A stretch of DNA of 64,000 bases, taken from the NCBI RefSeq assembly GCF_037042905.1, contig NC_087245.1, positions 25,484,001 through 25,548,000 on the forward strand. Reading direction: 5' to 3'. This DNA is from Lytechinus pictus (Eukaryota). Within the stretch, counting starts at the first letter, position 1. Each line of letters opens with the position of its first letter. The position numbers and the translations under genes were made by a program. The notes beneath the pieces were generated by a model, which saw only the letters and a program-made list of their open reading frames with translations, was not told the DNA's origin and ran no database searches. Shown here one piece after another: positions 51,701 through 62,593 of the stretch.

Positions 51701-54700
51701 CATAATAGAATTATTTTCAAGCTCCTTCTCCTTGTCTATAAAATCATCCATGGTCTCGCCCCATCCTACCTTCAAAATCTTATCTCTCTCTGTCACTCAT
51801 CCTCTGCAACTCAACGTCTCCGATCTTCTTCTACTGCTCACCTTCGACTATCTCTAGGACCCCGCACTTTTACCCGTTATGGCGATCGTGCTTTTTCTGC
51901 TCTTGCCCCTAAACTCTGGAACAATCTCCCCATCTCCATCCCTAATGCATCCACTGTCGAATCTTTCAAAACACTCCTCAAATCTTACCTCATTAAGCAG
52001 TCCTCTTAATTCCATATCCTGTTCTCTTTCACTGTATTTTGCTACCTCTTTTTTCTCTTTCCAATGCGCTTAGAAACTGTTGTATTAAGCGCTATATAAA
52101 TGTTAATTATTGTTATTATTATTATACAAATTTTGACCAGCGCGAGTAATGTTATATTGCTACTGAATGGGTAAACGGAAGTGTCCATTTTCCGTGTACG
52201 TAAAGTCTATGGGGAAACGGAATTTCCGTTTTCTGACATGCTGAAACGGAATTTAAGATTTTCTGAAACGGAAAAGGCAATTTTTTGAAACGGAAAATCA
52301 CTGTCCCTACTTATAAATTATTGATGTAAATTTGTTATTGTAATAAGTTTTATGAAACCCTGACGGCATTTCAAAAACTTAACCTTGTTAACATGTCATA
52401 TTGATGAAGCAGTAACCATCAAATAGACAGTGTCTGTTTCTCACTTCTGCTATGCAGGCAAGACAAAAACTACGTATGTAATCTATGAATTCTCAATAAA
52501 AAGATTGAATAACTTACGTTAGACCGCCAAGTCCTATGGTGGTGAAGAAATTGATGGCGAACCTAGTATGAGCAGGGTTGTTTCTAGGTAACATTCCTTC
52601 AAAGAATGGCATTAGGGTCCTGTATGGAAGTAATATAATGTTTGGGAATTGTTAAGGAAGCCACATAAGTATAATCAAATACAAACAAAAAAGGCATATT
52701 ACACAGTTTTAATACCAAAGCTGACACTAAGTATACAATGACGTCAACGGTGTCTCAACCAATAATTTGAGAATAACATCTTTTTTCCAGAAATAATAGA
52801 TAAAAGATAGTATTTCAGCGTGTTCATAAAAGCAAAGGGAAATCAGTTCACGATTAAGGCCAGAAATAGCTCTTTTTTTTTAATTTTCAAATTGCTGTAC
52901 ACTTTGCAAAGTGACGTTGGTGTTTGAAGATTGATAATTTCTTGTAATCAGCCGATGTACTTACGCATCTTTGAGTCTGTCGTTGAGTTTTGGGAGTCCC
53001 ATGTACTCGGATAATTCTTGGAAGAGGATCTTAATGAAGATACGACTAGATGATGTAGTTTCTTCCTCATTCAGATGAATACAATCAATCACCTGTGTAA
53101 TGAGCAATAACCAACATCAGGAAAGATGCTTTTACACCCGCCCAATCGGAAATCCCACCAAGATCAGAAAATACAATATAAAACAAACTACTTTACTAGT
53201 AATATCCCTGAATAATTATTACCCTCAAGTTAGTTAATGTAGGTAGTTTTCAAGATTATATCAACTTCTACAGGAATTTCTCCAAGGTCACAAGGATTCA
53301 CATGTGATATAAAAATACACGATCTTTAGACACAAGGCAAAGATGAAAATATCTACAACTAGCTCTTAACTATGGGAACTTTATCTGGTTGACGTAGATG
53401 ATACCGGTAATGCAATATCAGGGGTCTGAGTGATAACCAATAAATTAAAGCTGAAAAACGCTGAAGAGCATTAAAAAAATGCTGAAGATGAAAGAGCTCA
53501 TGTACTTTCGTACAGGTGAAAGGTAAAATAAGCTGAATTCAAAGTAAAAACCAAGGCAAAATTAGCTGAAATCATCTAAAAAGCTGACTTCTGACACCCC
53601 TGTATATGGTATTTAGAGGCCTGATATAGTTCTCATGATTTACAGGTATTCTTGTGATCGAGTGGGTATGAACATGTCAGAGAAAAATAATTCTAGCAAG
53701 TACTGGTATAATCCTATGAAGATGGAAAGACAAAGAGGGAGAAATATGAAGGTTTTGAAATTAATGAATTACCATGATTGACTTTGCAGTAATAACTGAA
53801 TATAGTGCCATTATATTGGTAGTAAATAATAAAATATTTATGAGGCGTTCACATACCGTCCACGAGATAGCATCGGTGTAGAGAAGATGAGAGAAGAACT
53901 TTGCAACATTCCTCAGTTTGTTTGTATCCAAGCGATGACAAGTCTCATACTGTTCAGCAAACACCGATTCATATTCCCTCACATACTCCTGTTTTAGCTG
54001 ACAGAACCTCTGCAATACGGAAAATTACATGTAGTTGAAGGTATCAGGGGAGCGTTTCATGAAAGGACTTGTCGGACGTTTTATCCGACAAGTCCCATTT
54101 TATCCGACAGTTACCATAGTAACAGTACCTCTCAACCAATCAACATCAGAGAAAGATGTCAGATCTGACAACTTGTCGGATGAAAATGTTGATGAAACAC
54201 TCCCCAGGGGAGCGTTTCATGAAAGGACTTGTCGGACGTTTTATCCGACAAGATCCATTTTATCCGACAGTTACCATAGTAACAGTACCTCTCAGCCAAT
54301 CAACATCAGAGAAAGATGTCAGATCTGACAACTTGTCGGATGAAAATGTTGATGAAACTAAGCTTGTAACCGATTTTGCAATCGGCAACCGATTCCATTC
54401 GATTTCACAACAATCGGCGATCACTTGCCGATCTTCGATCATGCCCCTTGAAGGAAAAAATCGGATATAAAAAATCGGCATACCTGTAGATCTAGTTACA
54501 GTGCGGTCAGAACATATTTCAAGATTGTTCTTGCAGATGTGCTAGCTATTTAGAGCTTTTTAACAATCGAATAGTTCGAACAATCGAGATTCCTAGAATG
54601 TCAGAAATGACTCATAAAAGGTTGACCTACTTATGATTACCTACCGGTAGCTGCGCTGACTGGTATGGCGGGAGTGTAACTTGGAATGAATGTATTGTAT

Positions 54701-57700
54701 AATATACAAACAATGAACATGTACTTGTACTGTGTTTGTCATTTATCCCGCCCATGAGTGCACACAATGGCCAATAGCAATGGAGTTTGAGAGCTGTATG
54801 TGACTGCATGGGTGCATGAATGTGTTGTATGCATTATGTATGCTAGTGCTTATGCTGATAAATCCCGCCCATAAGTGAATACAATGGACCAATAGCAAGG
54901 GAGTTTGAAAGCTGTGTGTGACTGCATGAATGTGTTGTACGCATTATGTATGCTAGTGCTTACGCTGATAAATCCCGCCCATGAGTGAATACAATGGACG
55001 AATGACAAGGGAGTTTGAGAGCTATGTGTGACCGCGTGGGTGTAGGAATGTATTGTGTGTATTACGTATGCTAGTGCTTGCGCTAATTTTTGTCATAATC
55101 CCGCCCATGAGTGCACACAATGGCCAATAGCAATGGAGTTTGAGAGCTGTATGTGACTGCATGGGTGCATGAATGTGTTGTATGCATTATGTATGCTAGT
55201 GCTTATGCTGATAAATCCCGCCCATAAGTGAATACAATGGACCAATAGCAAGGGAGTTTGAAAGCTGTGTGTGACTGCATGAATGTGTTGTACGCATTAT
55301 GTATGCTAGTGCTTACGCTGATAAATCCCGCCCATGAGTGAATACAATGGACGAATGACAAGGGAGTTTGAGAGCTATGTGTGACCGCGTGGGTGTAGGA
55401 ATGTATTGTGTGTATTACGTATGCTAGTGCTTGCGCTAATTTTTGTCATAATCCCGCCCATGAGTGCACACAATGGCCAATAGCAATGGAGTTTGAGAGC
55501 TGTATGTGACTGCATGGGTGCATGAATGTGTTGTATGCATTATGTATGCTAGTGCTTATGCTGATAAATCCCGCCCATAAGTGAATACAATGGACCAATA
55601 GCAAGGGAGTTTGAGAGCTGTGTGTGACTGCATGAATGTGTTGTACGCATTATGTATGCTAGTGCTTACGCTGATAAATCCCGCCCATGAGTGAATACAA
55701 TGGACGAATGACAAGGGAGTTTGAGAGCTATGTGTGACCGCGTGGGTGCAGGAATGTATTGTGTGTATTACGTATGCTAGTGCTTGCGCTAATTTTTGTC
55801 ATAATCCCGCCCATGAGTTCACACAATGGACGAATAGCAAGGGAGCAAGTGAGAAATGTATATGAATGCTGGGTGCATGGATGTGTTGTATATGCTAGTC
55901 AATGCCCTGCTTAAATCCCGCCCATAAGTGCACACACGGCCTAGGTACATAGCAAGGGAGTTTGAGAGCAGTGTGTATGGATGTGTTGCGTGTTGTATGT
56001 ATAATGTAAGCCATACTTGCAGTGATATATTGTCATTAATCCAGCCAGTGAGCCAACTCAAAGAATAGCACTGTTAGCAGTGTCAATCAAACCCACCACG
56101 TGCACATGCCAAAAGGTAGTGTAAAGAATTTTGCGCTAGCCCGTTGAGTCTGGGCGGTTCCAGTTCTCGGCTATGCCACAAAACTATCTTGTATTGTGTG
56201 AATGCTTGCGCGCATTGCGTAATTCACTGATATTGTTGAGTGGGTGGGTATACAAAAAGATCGATACTGAGGCGTGACTTAACTTTTCCCAGAACTGATT
56301 CGGAGAAATGATGTACCAAGTAAGCTATTATAACAAAATGGGTGTACTTTGGAATGGTTATTGGGCGTGGCTGTAATCACATATTATAATGAGCGAACTT
56401 AGCTGAGCTCAGCTTCACATAAACATACTTATAAAAGATGTCCCGCCGATCGTTCATTGACCTGTGATCTACGAGAATTATTTTCCTTTGCGACTGCTCG
56501 GAAGATGCGTCATTCGTTTATCTTTCTAATAAAAATCACTCATTTTATTGTTAAGCAGTTAAACCTCAAAACCCTTTAAAAGCATGTTCCAAACGATCGC
56601 GCATGTCGACTACTTCCATTCCTAAACATTCGTCTTTGTGACTTTGTCAGGAAGATGCGCGCGACCGCGAACAAAATGTTGATGTATTCCTTTGTTTTTA
56701 AACATCGCCGATTCGATTTTCGATTCGATTTCGATTTTAGAAGCTTAACTGCCGATCCGATTTTCGATCTGATTTTTGATCCGATTTACAACATTAGATG
56801 AAACACTCCCCTGGTCTGCATATATATCTTTTTACATTATTCCAATAATAAATTGTTGCATTATTTAGTATAATCAAAGATGTAATAATGCTTCTGAAAA
56901 TCATCTTTGGTGGCAGGGGCATAATAAAATCAAAACATGGACACTGTTGGCCAGTAAAAACAACTGATTGAGCAAACATCATATTGCCTATTCCCTCAAA
57001 ACGCACAATAATCTTTTTCTATGCAAATACAGCAGAAAAAACAATGTACTTTAACCTCATTCGTTCATCTGTACTTGTATAATCACAATAATCTGCTTTT
57101 ATCTGCTACCAAGTAGTTGGATTTTAATATGTCCCGCAAACAAATGTATGCACTTTCTCCACTCCCTGGGTAGCATTCAAAGCATAAAAAGCTAAAATAA
57201 CTACATTGGCTTTCATATTCAATAATACCAGGTACCTGTTCATCACCCATGTTTAGATAATGTAGCGAAGGATTGATGCCTTCCCTAAGGATACTAGAGA
57301 CATTATGATACATGTATAATCCTCTTGAAAGGTGAGTCAGGAAAATAAAAAAGATACCTCCACAATAGATGTACACATATTCTGTTTCAAGCCTAATGGT
57401 TTATTGCATACAAAATTAATACAAGCTGCACAGCCAAAAGGCAGAAATAAGCATGCTTACAATAAAAGTATTTACAGGTCTATAAATGAAAGTAACAATA
57501 GTGAGATAGAGTGAGATTGAAAAAAAAATTACCTGTCCCAATAGTCCAAAGAATTTCTCATATGTCCTCTGTTGGGCACAGCAATCCAGTATCATCAGAC
57601 ATACTTCTTTCTGCATTGCAAAAGAAAGAAAACCGAAATCATATCTAGGGAACTTGTACAAGAATATACAATATAATGATAATAAGAATAGTAATAATAA

Positions 57701-60700
57701 GAAAGAACTATATTTTTAGGCCTCATAATATGTAACACTTTCCATTCCTTTTTTTAATAAAAACCAATGTGTCACTTGTCAAAGAAACAACAGGAGAAAT
57801 AAAACAAGACTACTCAATACATAAAATGACAATATTTTGATTAGATTTTGCAAAGTTTTGATGAAACTTTATCAAACTCCATGTGTTGTGTGATATAGAT
57901 TTCCCCTAATGCAATTTTCTCAAGAAATTGAAAGTGATGTTATTTGTGCAGTAAATATATTATCAGACACATCATTTCATTCCCCATTCCATAAAGAAAC
58001 ATATCATTATTCATCTTGTTCCATTAAAAAATTTGAATTTATGGAATTTATATTACATGATATATGGGGAGCTGTTGACATCACAAATAACAAATTCAAC
58101 ATATTCTTAACTTTTTTATTCTTTGATGGATTTAATCAAAGAATCACCAATATTTTCTCAATTTTTTGTGCTCTTATCAAAACCACTTATCATCGGAGTA
58201 AACTTCGCCTTTAATGAAGTGTTTTATTGAAAAGTTTGTGGTACCTCTTGGCCGGGTTTCAACTCCATCTTAAGCATCTTATGAGCACACTCTTCAAAGT
58301 CCAGACTAGACTGAATGGTGAGGTAGATGATACGTCTGAGGGCTGTCAGGTTTGTCTCGGTGTTATCTTTGATCTCCATCTTTTCTTGCTCTAGATGTTA
58401 TAGAAATAAGGTCGGGCAAAAATAAGGGATGAAAAGAGGAAAAAGGGTGAGGGGGGTATCTGTAAAATGTTAATCAAATTATGCAAAAAACAAAACAGAG
58501 CAATGGACATTGGTTACGGTTCTAAACTAAAGAAATAATTCAGATCAAGAAACCATTGTCTTTGTATTTGAGTAAAGTTTTTCTTGGATTAATAGGTCAG
58601 CATTTGGCATCTCATTTCAAATATACAAATAATGCACAAGAGAGTGTATGTTGAGAGGAAATACGGCCCATTCAAGGATATTTGCAATGAATTAAAGAGA
58701 AATTCCAGTATTTGCAGTAAACACTGATTTCATGAGAAAGTCTGTAAAACAAGGCTTAATTGTCAGTATATCATCGAGGATCTAGATCTGGTACAGTTAC
58801 ATAAACTGAACTTTGTGAAATCTTGAAATCTACGCTGAAAAATGTTCACACTGAAGATCACCAACACAGATAGGCACACGTGGGACAGTGTATTATTATT
58901 GCTAAAATAAAGACCCGACGGAAGTGACCGAATCCGCGCTTATTTTGCTTATTTCTCAGCAATTACACAATTTCTTCCAGAATCCTTTGGCACATATTTT
59001 TTATTTATACAAACAGACACTTAGGTGGTCATTATATTAGATTCTGTAAAAAGTCATTTTTAGATCGTTACCAAAACTGGAATTTATCTTTAACACGACA
59101 CTAGGGTCAAGTGCCTGTGCACCTCACTTTCGATATGTAAGATCCGAGCGTTGCCCTGACATTAAGATTGCAGATCTGTGCAATGATTGTTTAACGAAGC
59201 AGGTTGGTAATATGAATTTTCATACAAGTGGAATGCCCCTGGCAGTTTCGCCTGCATTACGCAATGCAATATAGAAGCTGTGATGGCTTTACGAAATTAA
59301 AATATCACACATTTTGTCTTCTTTTTTATCGTCCTAGCGATGAATATTTGATTAAATAATCCAAAACAATAACAAAAATATAACACTACTGCAATAAAGT
59401 TTCTATAGTCAAGGCTTGATTTTTAGGTCCTTTTCTTTTTTTTCTCTCTCTTTTGGCTTACTAGTAAAGATCATCACCTAATCAATATTCAGAACTGAAG
59501 CTGATAGCTCAGCAGCTAGTGAGATTCATCGAAGGGGCCAACTTTCATTTCAAACTGGGTGCTAAATTGGCCTACAACCAACACAAAGCATCCAACACCA
59601 AACTTAATAGCGTACAATGTGTTTACCTTCTTCATCTTGCTCATCAGAATCTTCTTCGCTTGATCCACTCTCGCTTCCTGATTCGGAATCTTCACTGCCT
59701 TCATCTAAGATATCTTTACGAATTGCTTTGTATTTCTCTTCATTCTCCAGAAACTCTGGGTCGGCCTTGAAAACATCTGGATAGAAAAAGAAAAATTTGT
59801 TTATGTTAATCTAAACTGGAAATATCACTCCCACCCTATACAATAGCCATTGGTGAGGAACAATGGTAGAACAGATGCCATTGCCATGTCAACATCATAA
59901 CTTGCCATTGCCACAACAACAGTTTCTGACACAAGTCAAAATGTGCCTGGCATTCTTAATACCAAGACAAACATGCATCATGAGCATTTTGCAAAAATGA
60001 GGCAGTATATTTTTTTCCTGATTCATTGCCAATATATGCCATTACCAATTGGAAAATATCACTATCATGTTATAATGAAGCTCTTCTCCCAAAAAGATGC
60101 AAACGGAAGATAACATTACATTCAAACACACACAAAAATAAAAACATGACCATCTAATGCACTTAGTCATTTAGGCAGTCAGTCATCCAAAGTTAAAATT
60201 TGGTTTTGTCCCCATGAAATGAGGGGTGGCAGGATTGACCTCACATTTGCATCAATCACTGTTATCCCCTCCTTCCACTTTGCATGATTAAGTACATCCT
60301 CTATCCTCAACCCAAGTCTCCAACTGTCCTCCTCCTCTATTAAGCTATAATACAAACCCATACTAAAGAATCAAAACAGAGTCTTGTCTGAATAATAAAA
60401 AAAAATTGTGGAATTAAGCAACTTACTGAGTATATCTTCCGTATTGTAGTCATCTTCAAGAGTGAGTAGATGAGTGTACTGGTCATCTTCTTCCACCAGA
60501 TCCAGTTCTTCAATGACCGCAGGGAAGTCCTTGAAGCCATCCTTACGATTGGCAAAGATCACCTCCACCATGTACTGAACTCTCTTCTCAATCCCAGCTT
60601 CATGAAGGATGCTACGCAGTCGTTCAAAGATCGCTGTAATAGAGAGCATACACTAATGTTTCTATGTGCCAGGCATTCAGTTCATTATCAGAATCTATGT

Positions 60701-61465
60701 CCAACTCCAATAAATCAATGAATTAGTGATAAGCTGATTGCTTTCCTTGAAAAAATATAATATTAAATTCAATATTGAATATTAAACATCAAATATTCAT
60801 AATAACTTATGAGTGATCAAAAAATATTTTTGAACTTCTCATTTCCTATCTTTTCAAAAGAAATATCACTATTCCATGCCTACAGCTCTTAGTAAGGAAT
60901 GCAGTGGTTTAATATGTAAATTATTATCATTAATACAGAGAGACAAAGTGATTAATATCTTGATAATTCTATATACATAATTGTTAGTTTTTGTTTTGTC
61001 TTACCCATGATTCCTCTTGGAGAAAGTTCGGTGATTTTTTGACCAACTTCCTTGAGAAATCCTACAGCTACTTCAACACTGTCATCAGTAGCTTGCTCTA
61101 ACAATAGTGTTAAGATCTCAAGAGAAACTACTTCATGCGCCTAAAGAAAAAGGAAAAAAAAAATAACCCAATCACAATTAGGTCTTCAAATTTCATCACT
61201 GTAGTTATTTTCTATTAATGATAAATTAGAAAAGTATGTGGGCTGTTTCTTAAGATTTATTTTTAAAATAATATTGGAATGTTGACAAGTATTCCTCTCT
61301 TAGATCACTTTAAATTAATTGATAGACTATTGTTTCTGAAAACAGCTTTGATAGCATTCATGGTCATGAAAAGAATGATTAGAGCTGGCATATTAAACAG
61401 CATTTGCAACCATCATCATCATCATCATCATTATCATTATCACCATCACCATCATCATCCACCTT

Positions 61466-61496
<31 letters not shown>

Positions 61497-62593
61497 CCAG
61501 TATTGTCATTGTCATCAACATCACCGTTGTCAACATACATGTACATGTAACCATGACCATCTTCTATTACCCTCATCATCATCATCAATGTCACTATCAT
61601 TATCATTGCAATGATCACCATCACAATAAAAAGAGAATGTATCTTACCACTTGCTGGTTGACCAAGTGAGCAATAAACCTGGTTGATGACAGACAAAGTT
61701 TCTTGTCATTACGGCGATACCCTTTCTTGAAATTAGTGATGAGCCTGCGCAGGATCAGTTCTCCATTTTGAGGAAACTAGAAAAGGAGAGGATAAAGATT
61801 AAGAATCATAATTATAATCGTTTCTACTGATTGTGCAACAAAAATGAAATTTCATTGAATTCTCACAAAACGACAATTACACAATGGATGACTTTAATCT
61901 AGTGAAATCTAAGGTTCATTTTTATCTACTAGAAATTATTGGCACGAATAAGCTGATGAGAAAGATCATTTAACAATGGAAATGATTTACCTAAATTGGA
62001 AGTCCACTCAGAAGCCAAAATAATTTGCAATAAAAACAATAGAACAAGAAAAGCAAACCAGTGAAAGCACCAATAGATGAAGATGTGGTGACTGAAAATT
62101 TGAGGTGGTAGATTTGCCTTGACTAATAAATGATAACTACTACAAACAACTATGGTTGGCAGGTGATTATAAGGTTTAGTTCCACTAGATTCTAGACTCT
62201 ATGGCCCGTATTCTGAAGTCAGGTTTAATCTAAACTCTGGTCTAAAGTTGTGGTTCAACCAACCAAAGCCAATTGTGACTCACTTGACTCTCAAATCAAT
62301 CTTAACTGTCTGGGAACGACATAAATACGATAACTGTCTTCACCATTAAGGAATCAGGAAATAGCACAGTAAACATAAGAAACATACCATGTGAACAAAT
62401 TTTGGCATGTTTAGAGCAGTGGTCTAAGTTCAGAATGCGGGCCCATGACAATTGATGAGGATCATGTATTTTATAGATAGATCCACTGGTGGGTCTTACC
62501 TTTGTATTGATGATGGCTATAAATGCCGCATATACATGTGTGAAGGTGGGAGAGGCAGCCTGGGCATCAATTACTGCTTTAGCTAACCAACCA
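42938..62593 (-). CDS. CWC22: Pre-mRNA-splicing factor CWC22 homologue, 5'-partial (12 coding exons in window, ~1493 aa)
   Basis: Twelve GT-AG exons join in frame (4483 nt = 1 nt + 1494 codons incl. stop). Translation matches CWC22 MIF4G ([51 protein letters not shown]) and MA3 ([78 protein letters not shown]) as I recall them. Confidence 0.97.
46282..46604 (-). CDS. CWC22: CWC22 exon ([20 protein letters not shown] + acidic/basic low-complexity)
   Basis: ttttgcag acceptor, g|gtaaga donor; 323 nt; continues the conserved TD-LR-HLKN motif. Confidence 0.92.
48232..52124 (+). mobile_element. L2/CR1-group non-LTR retrotransposon (LINE), intact ORF, antisense in a CWC22 intron
   Basis: APE+RT ORF. 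3' UTR stem-loop gcgctta...taagcgc (52066-52092) followed by tataaat and a (TTA)n tail, typical of L2 3' ends. Candidate 4-bp TSD taca at 48228-48231 and 52125-52128; the 5' boundary is tentative. Confidence 0.9.
48527..52009 (+). CDS. LINE ORF2 polyprotein: apurinic-like endonuclease + reverse transcriptase (1160 aa)
   Basis: APE motifs WNARSL, VTESWL, VYRPP, GDFNIH, IDLI, SDH. RT motifs [51 protein letters not shown]. No stops or frameshifts. Confidence 0.97.
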   Translation: MPYCKGQAGLSTTMDAVKCFTIVFLLGLCLGHDNGQHFIKHVLKPTCTVPQPFLSTSACVRRFYGRRINYYPNSDASYQISLLKDGDISPNPGPDVGCGSCDTAPKTITYTREQLYDVAHHDICHQRLSPVLWKKLTTLGISHKKRTKRSKRTWMKRRNKILRSSLSTFPDDKSPTKDTSLTCISSGEADFSLVCNKGLKKGNQTVIGLWNARSLSNKTVCTCDLILDNNLDVLVVTESWLTGDCRDDTVIADLKSTLPNYEIIHCPRKTSRGGGICVIHRSSATTSVKEIHKFSSFELLDLSIRFSPSSVLHLYAVYRPPPSSSNKLTCGMFTSEFFTLLESAAIDDNCPLIVGDFNIHVDNTSASYVRTFLGSLDSLGFQQHVQEPTHRAGHTIDLIISRRVDDIVSGIHLLSNLPSDHSAVIATIKTESSGNPRKRITYRKLQSIDICSFRQDILNSLVMSLLSSCPTASVNMYNMKLLDLLNKHAPVESKVITIKPKAPWYSEEIKEAKRCRRRAERLMLKSGLCIHKQLYRQECDSYYSKLFEAKSSYFKGEIAGSDSKQLFQIVKKLSSPLQSTTLPDHDSDEDLANRFGEFFENKVASIISSFNVPFSDDLLLPSQTGISHDSNLSEFDLVSEMQVKRVIKSLPSKSCSLDPLPTWLVKACLDELLPVITLIMNLSISSGVVPESFKTACVLPLLKKPSLETNDFKNYRPIANLPFLSKVLERIVAAQLRTHLDEKGLFPPNQSAYRHFHSTETALLKVQNDLLLAVDKGQEAVLILLDYSAAFDTLDHGVLLQRLEHDYGFSGTVLLWLESYLAGRSHKVVVNGSFSKPFSLPYGVPQGSVIGPLLYILYTGPLGRIINSHTGIQYTTYADDTQIYLTMKPADRGVAVQRLSACIADIKRWSFDNKVQLNELKTEMLHVFSRFRSSGHLPCLDFLAGNISGSDTVRDLGVIIDNNLTLNQHIRNVCRCASWGICKIGKLRKYLDKSSTERIVHAFVSSHLDYCNALLAGLPQSSIASLQRIQNTAARLVTLTKKFEHITPILYSLHWLQVHNRIIFKLLLLVYKIIHGLAPSYLQNLISLCHSSSATQRLRSSSTAHLRLSLGPRTFTRYGDRAFSALAPKLWNNLPISIPNASTVESFKTLLKSYLIKQSS
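52518..52619 (-). CDS. CWC22: CWC22 exon ([33 protein letters not shown])
   Basis: tacag acceptor, ac|gtaagt donor; 102 nt. Confidence 0.95.
52965..53092 (-). CDS. CWC22: CWC22 exon ([27 protein letters not shown]...RLKD)
   Basis: cacag acceptor, gc|gtaagt donor; 128 nt. Confidence 0.95.
53857..54009 (-). CDS. CWC22: CWC22 exon (RFCQLKQEY...[10 protein letters not shown])
   Basis: ttgcag acceptor, acg|gtatgt donor; 153 nt. Confidence 0.95.
54359..56796. mobile_element. ~2.4-kb non-autonomous hAT-like element carrying a satellite array
   Basis: Perfect 8-bp TSD gatgaaac at 54351-54358 and 56797-56804; imperfect TIR taagcttgtaaccg / cgatttacaacatta; subterminal ccgatt repeats at both ends. 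Confidence 0.85.
54745..55970. repeat. Satellite with higher-order structure: three ~110-126-bp monomers repeated with an exact 353-bp period
   Basis: Higher-order units start at 54745, 55098, 55451 and 55804; each monomer starts atcccgccca. Confidence 0.92.
57533..57610 (-). CDS. CWC22: CWC22 exon ([26 protein letters not shown])
   Basis: tgcag acceptor, cag|gtaatt donor; 78 nt. Confidence 0.95.
58245..58390 (-). CDS. CWC22: CWC22 exon ([14 protein letters not shown]...[22 protein letters not shown])
   Basis: ctag acceptor, gag|gtacca donor; 146 nt; start of MA3 domain. Confidence 0.93.
58696..59089. mobile_element. 394-bp TTAA-specific MITE (Kolobok-like), copy 2, in a CWC22 intron
   Basis: TTAA TSD; same length as copy 1; I see only one substitution. 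Confidence 0.85.
59627..59776 (-). CDS. CWC22: CWC22 exon ([26 protein letters not shown] + acidic linker)
   Basis: ccag acceptor, g|gtaaac donor; 150 nt. Confidence 0.95.
60427..60633 (-). CDS. CWC22: CWC22 exon ([11 protein letters not shown]...DDYNTEDIL)
   Basis: ttacag acceptor, a|gtaagt donor; 207 nt; overlaps ORF 60371..60649. Confidence 0.95.
61005..61140 (-). CDS. CWC22: CWC22 exon ([24 protein letters not shown]...SPRGIM)
   Basis: tttag acceptor, g|gtaaga donor; 136 nt. Confidence 0.95.
61411..61625. repeat. (CAT/CAC)n microsatellite in a CWC22 intron
   Basis: Direct reading; accounts for the poly-His and poly-Asp ORFs. Confidence 0.9.
61648..61776 (-). CDS. CWC22: CWC22 exon ([12 protein letters not shown]...AHLVNQQV)
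   Basis: ctag acceptor, gtg|gtaaga donor; 129 nt. Confidence 0.95.
62204..62444. mobile_element. Harbinger-like MITE
   Basis: Termini ggcccgtattctgaa / ttcagaatgcgggcc; a related end occurs near 40528. Confidence 0.6.
62500..62593 (-). CDS. CWC22: CWC22 exon ([31 protein letters not shown])
   Basis: ttcttttcag acceptor, aag|gtaaga donor; 94 nt. The acceptor is the proximal copy of the 54-bp array. Confidence 0.9.

Larger units (their letters stand above)
47651..52309. mobile_element. Non-autonomous hAT-like element (~770 bp of own sequence) interrupted by the LINE
   Basis: TIRs agggacagtgattttccg (47651) and cggaaaatcactgtcccta (to 52309); subterminal acggaa repeats on both sides; approximate flanking duplication cttat(g/a)a. 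The same terminus appears in a short relative at 23111-23309. Confidence 0.75.
54048..56810. mobile_element. Tandem pair of ~157-bp Harbinger-like MITEs; the second is split by a hAT-like insertion
   Basis: gggagcgtttcatgaaagg...gatgaaacactccc repeated with a 160-bp period, separated and flanked by cag/cag/ctg; the end of copy 2 resumes at 56797. Confidence 0.8.

Noticed and set aside
61279..61696. Poly-His and poly-Asp ORFs
   Set aside because: Produced by an intronic (CAT)n microsatellite.
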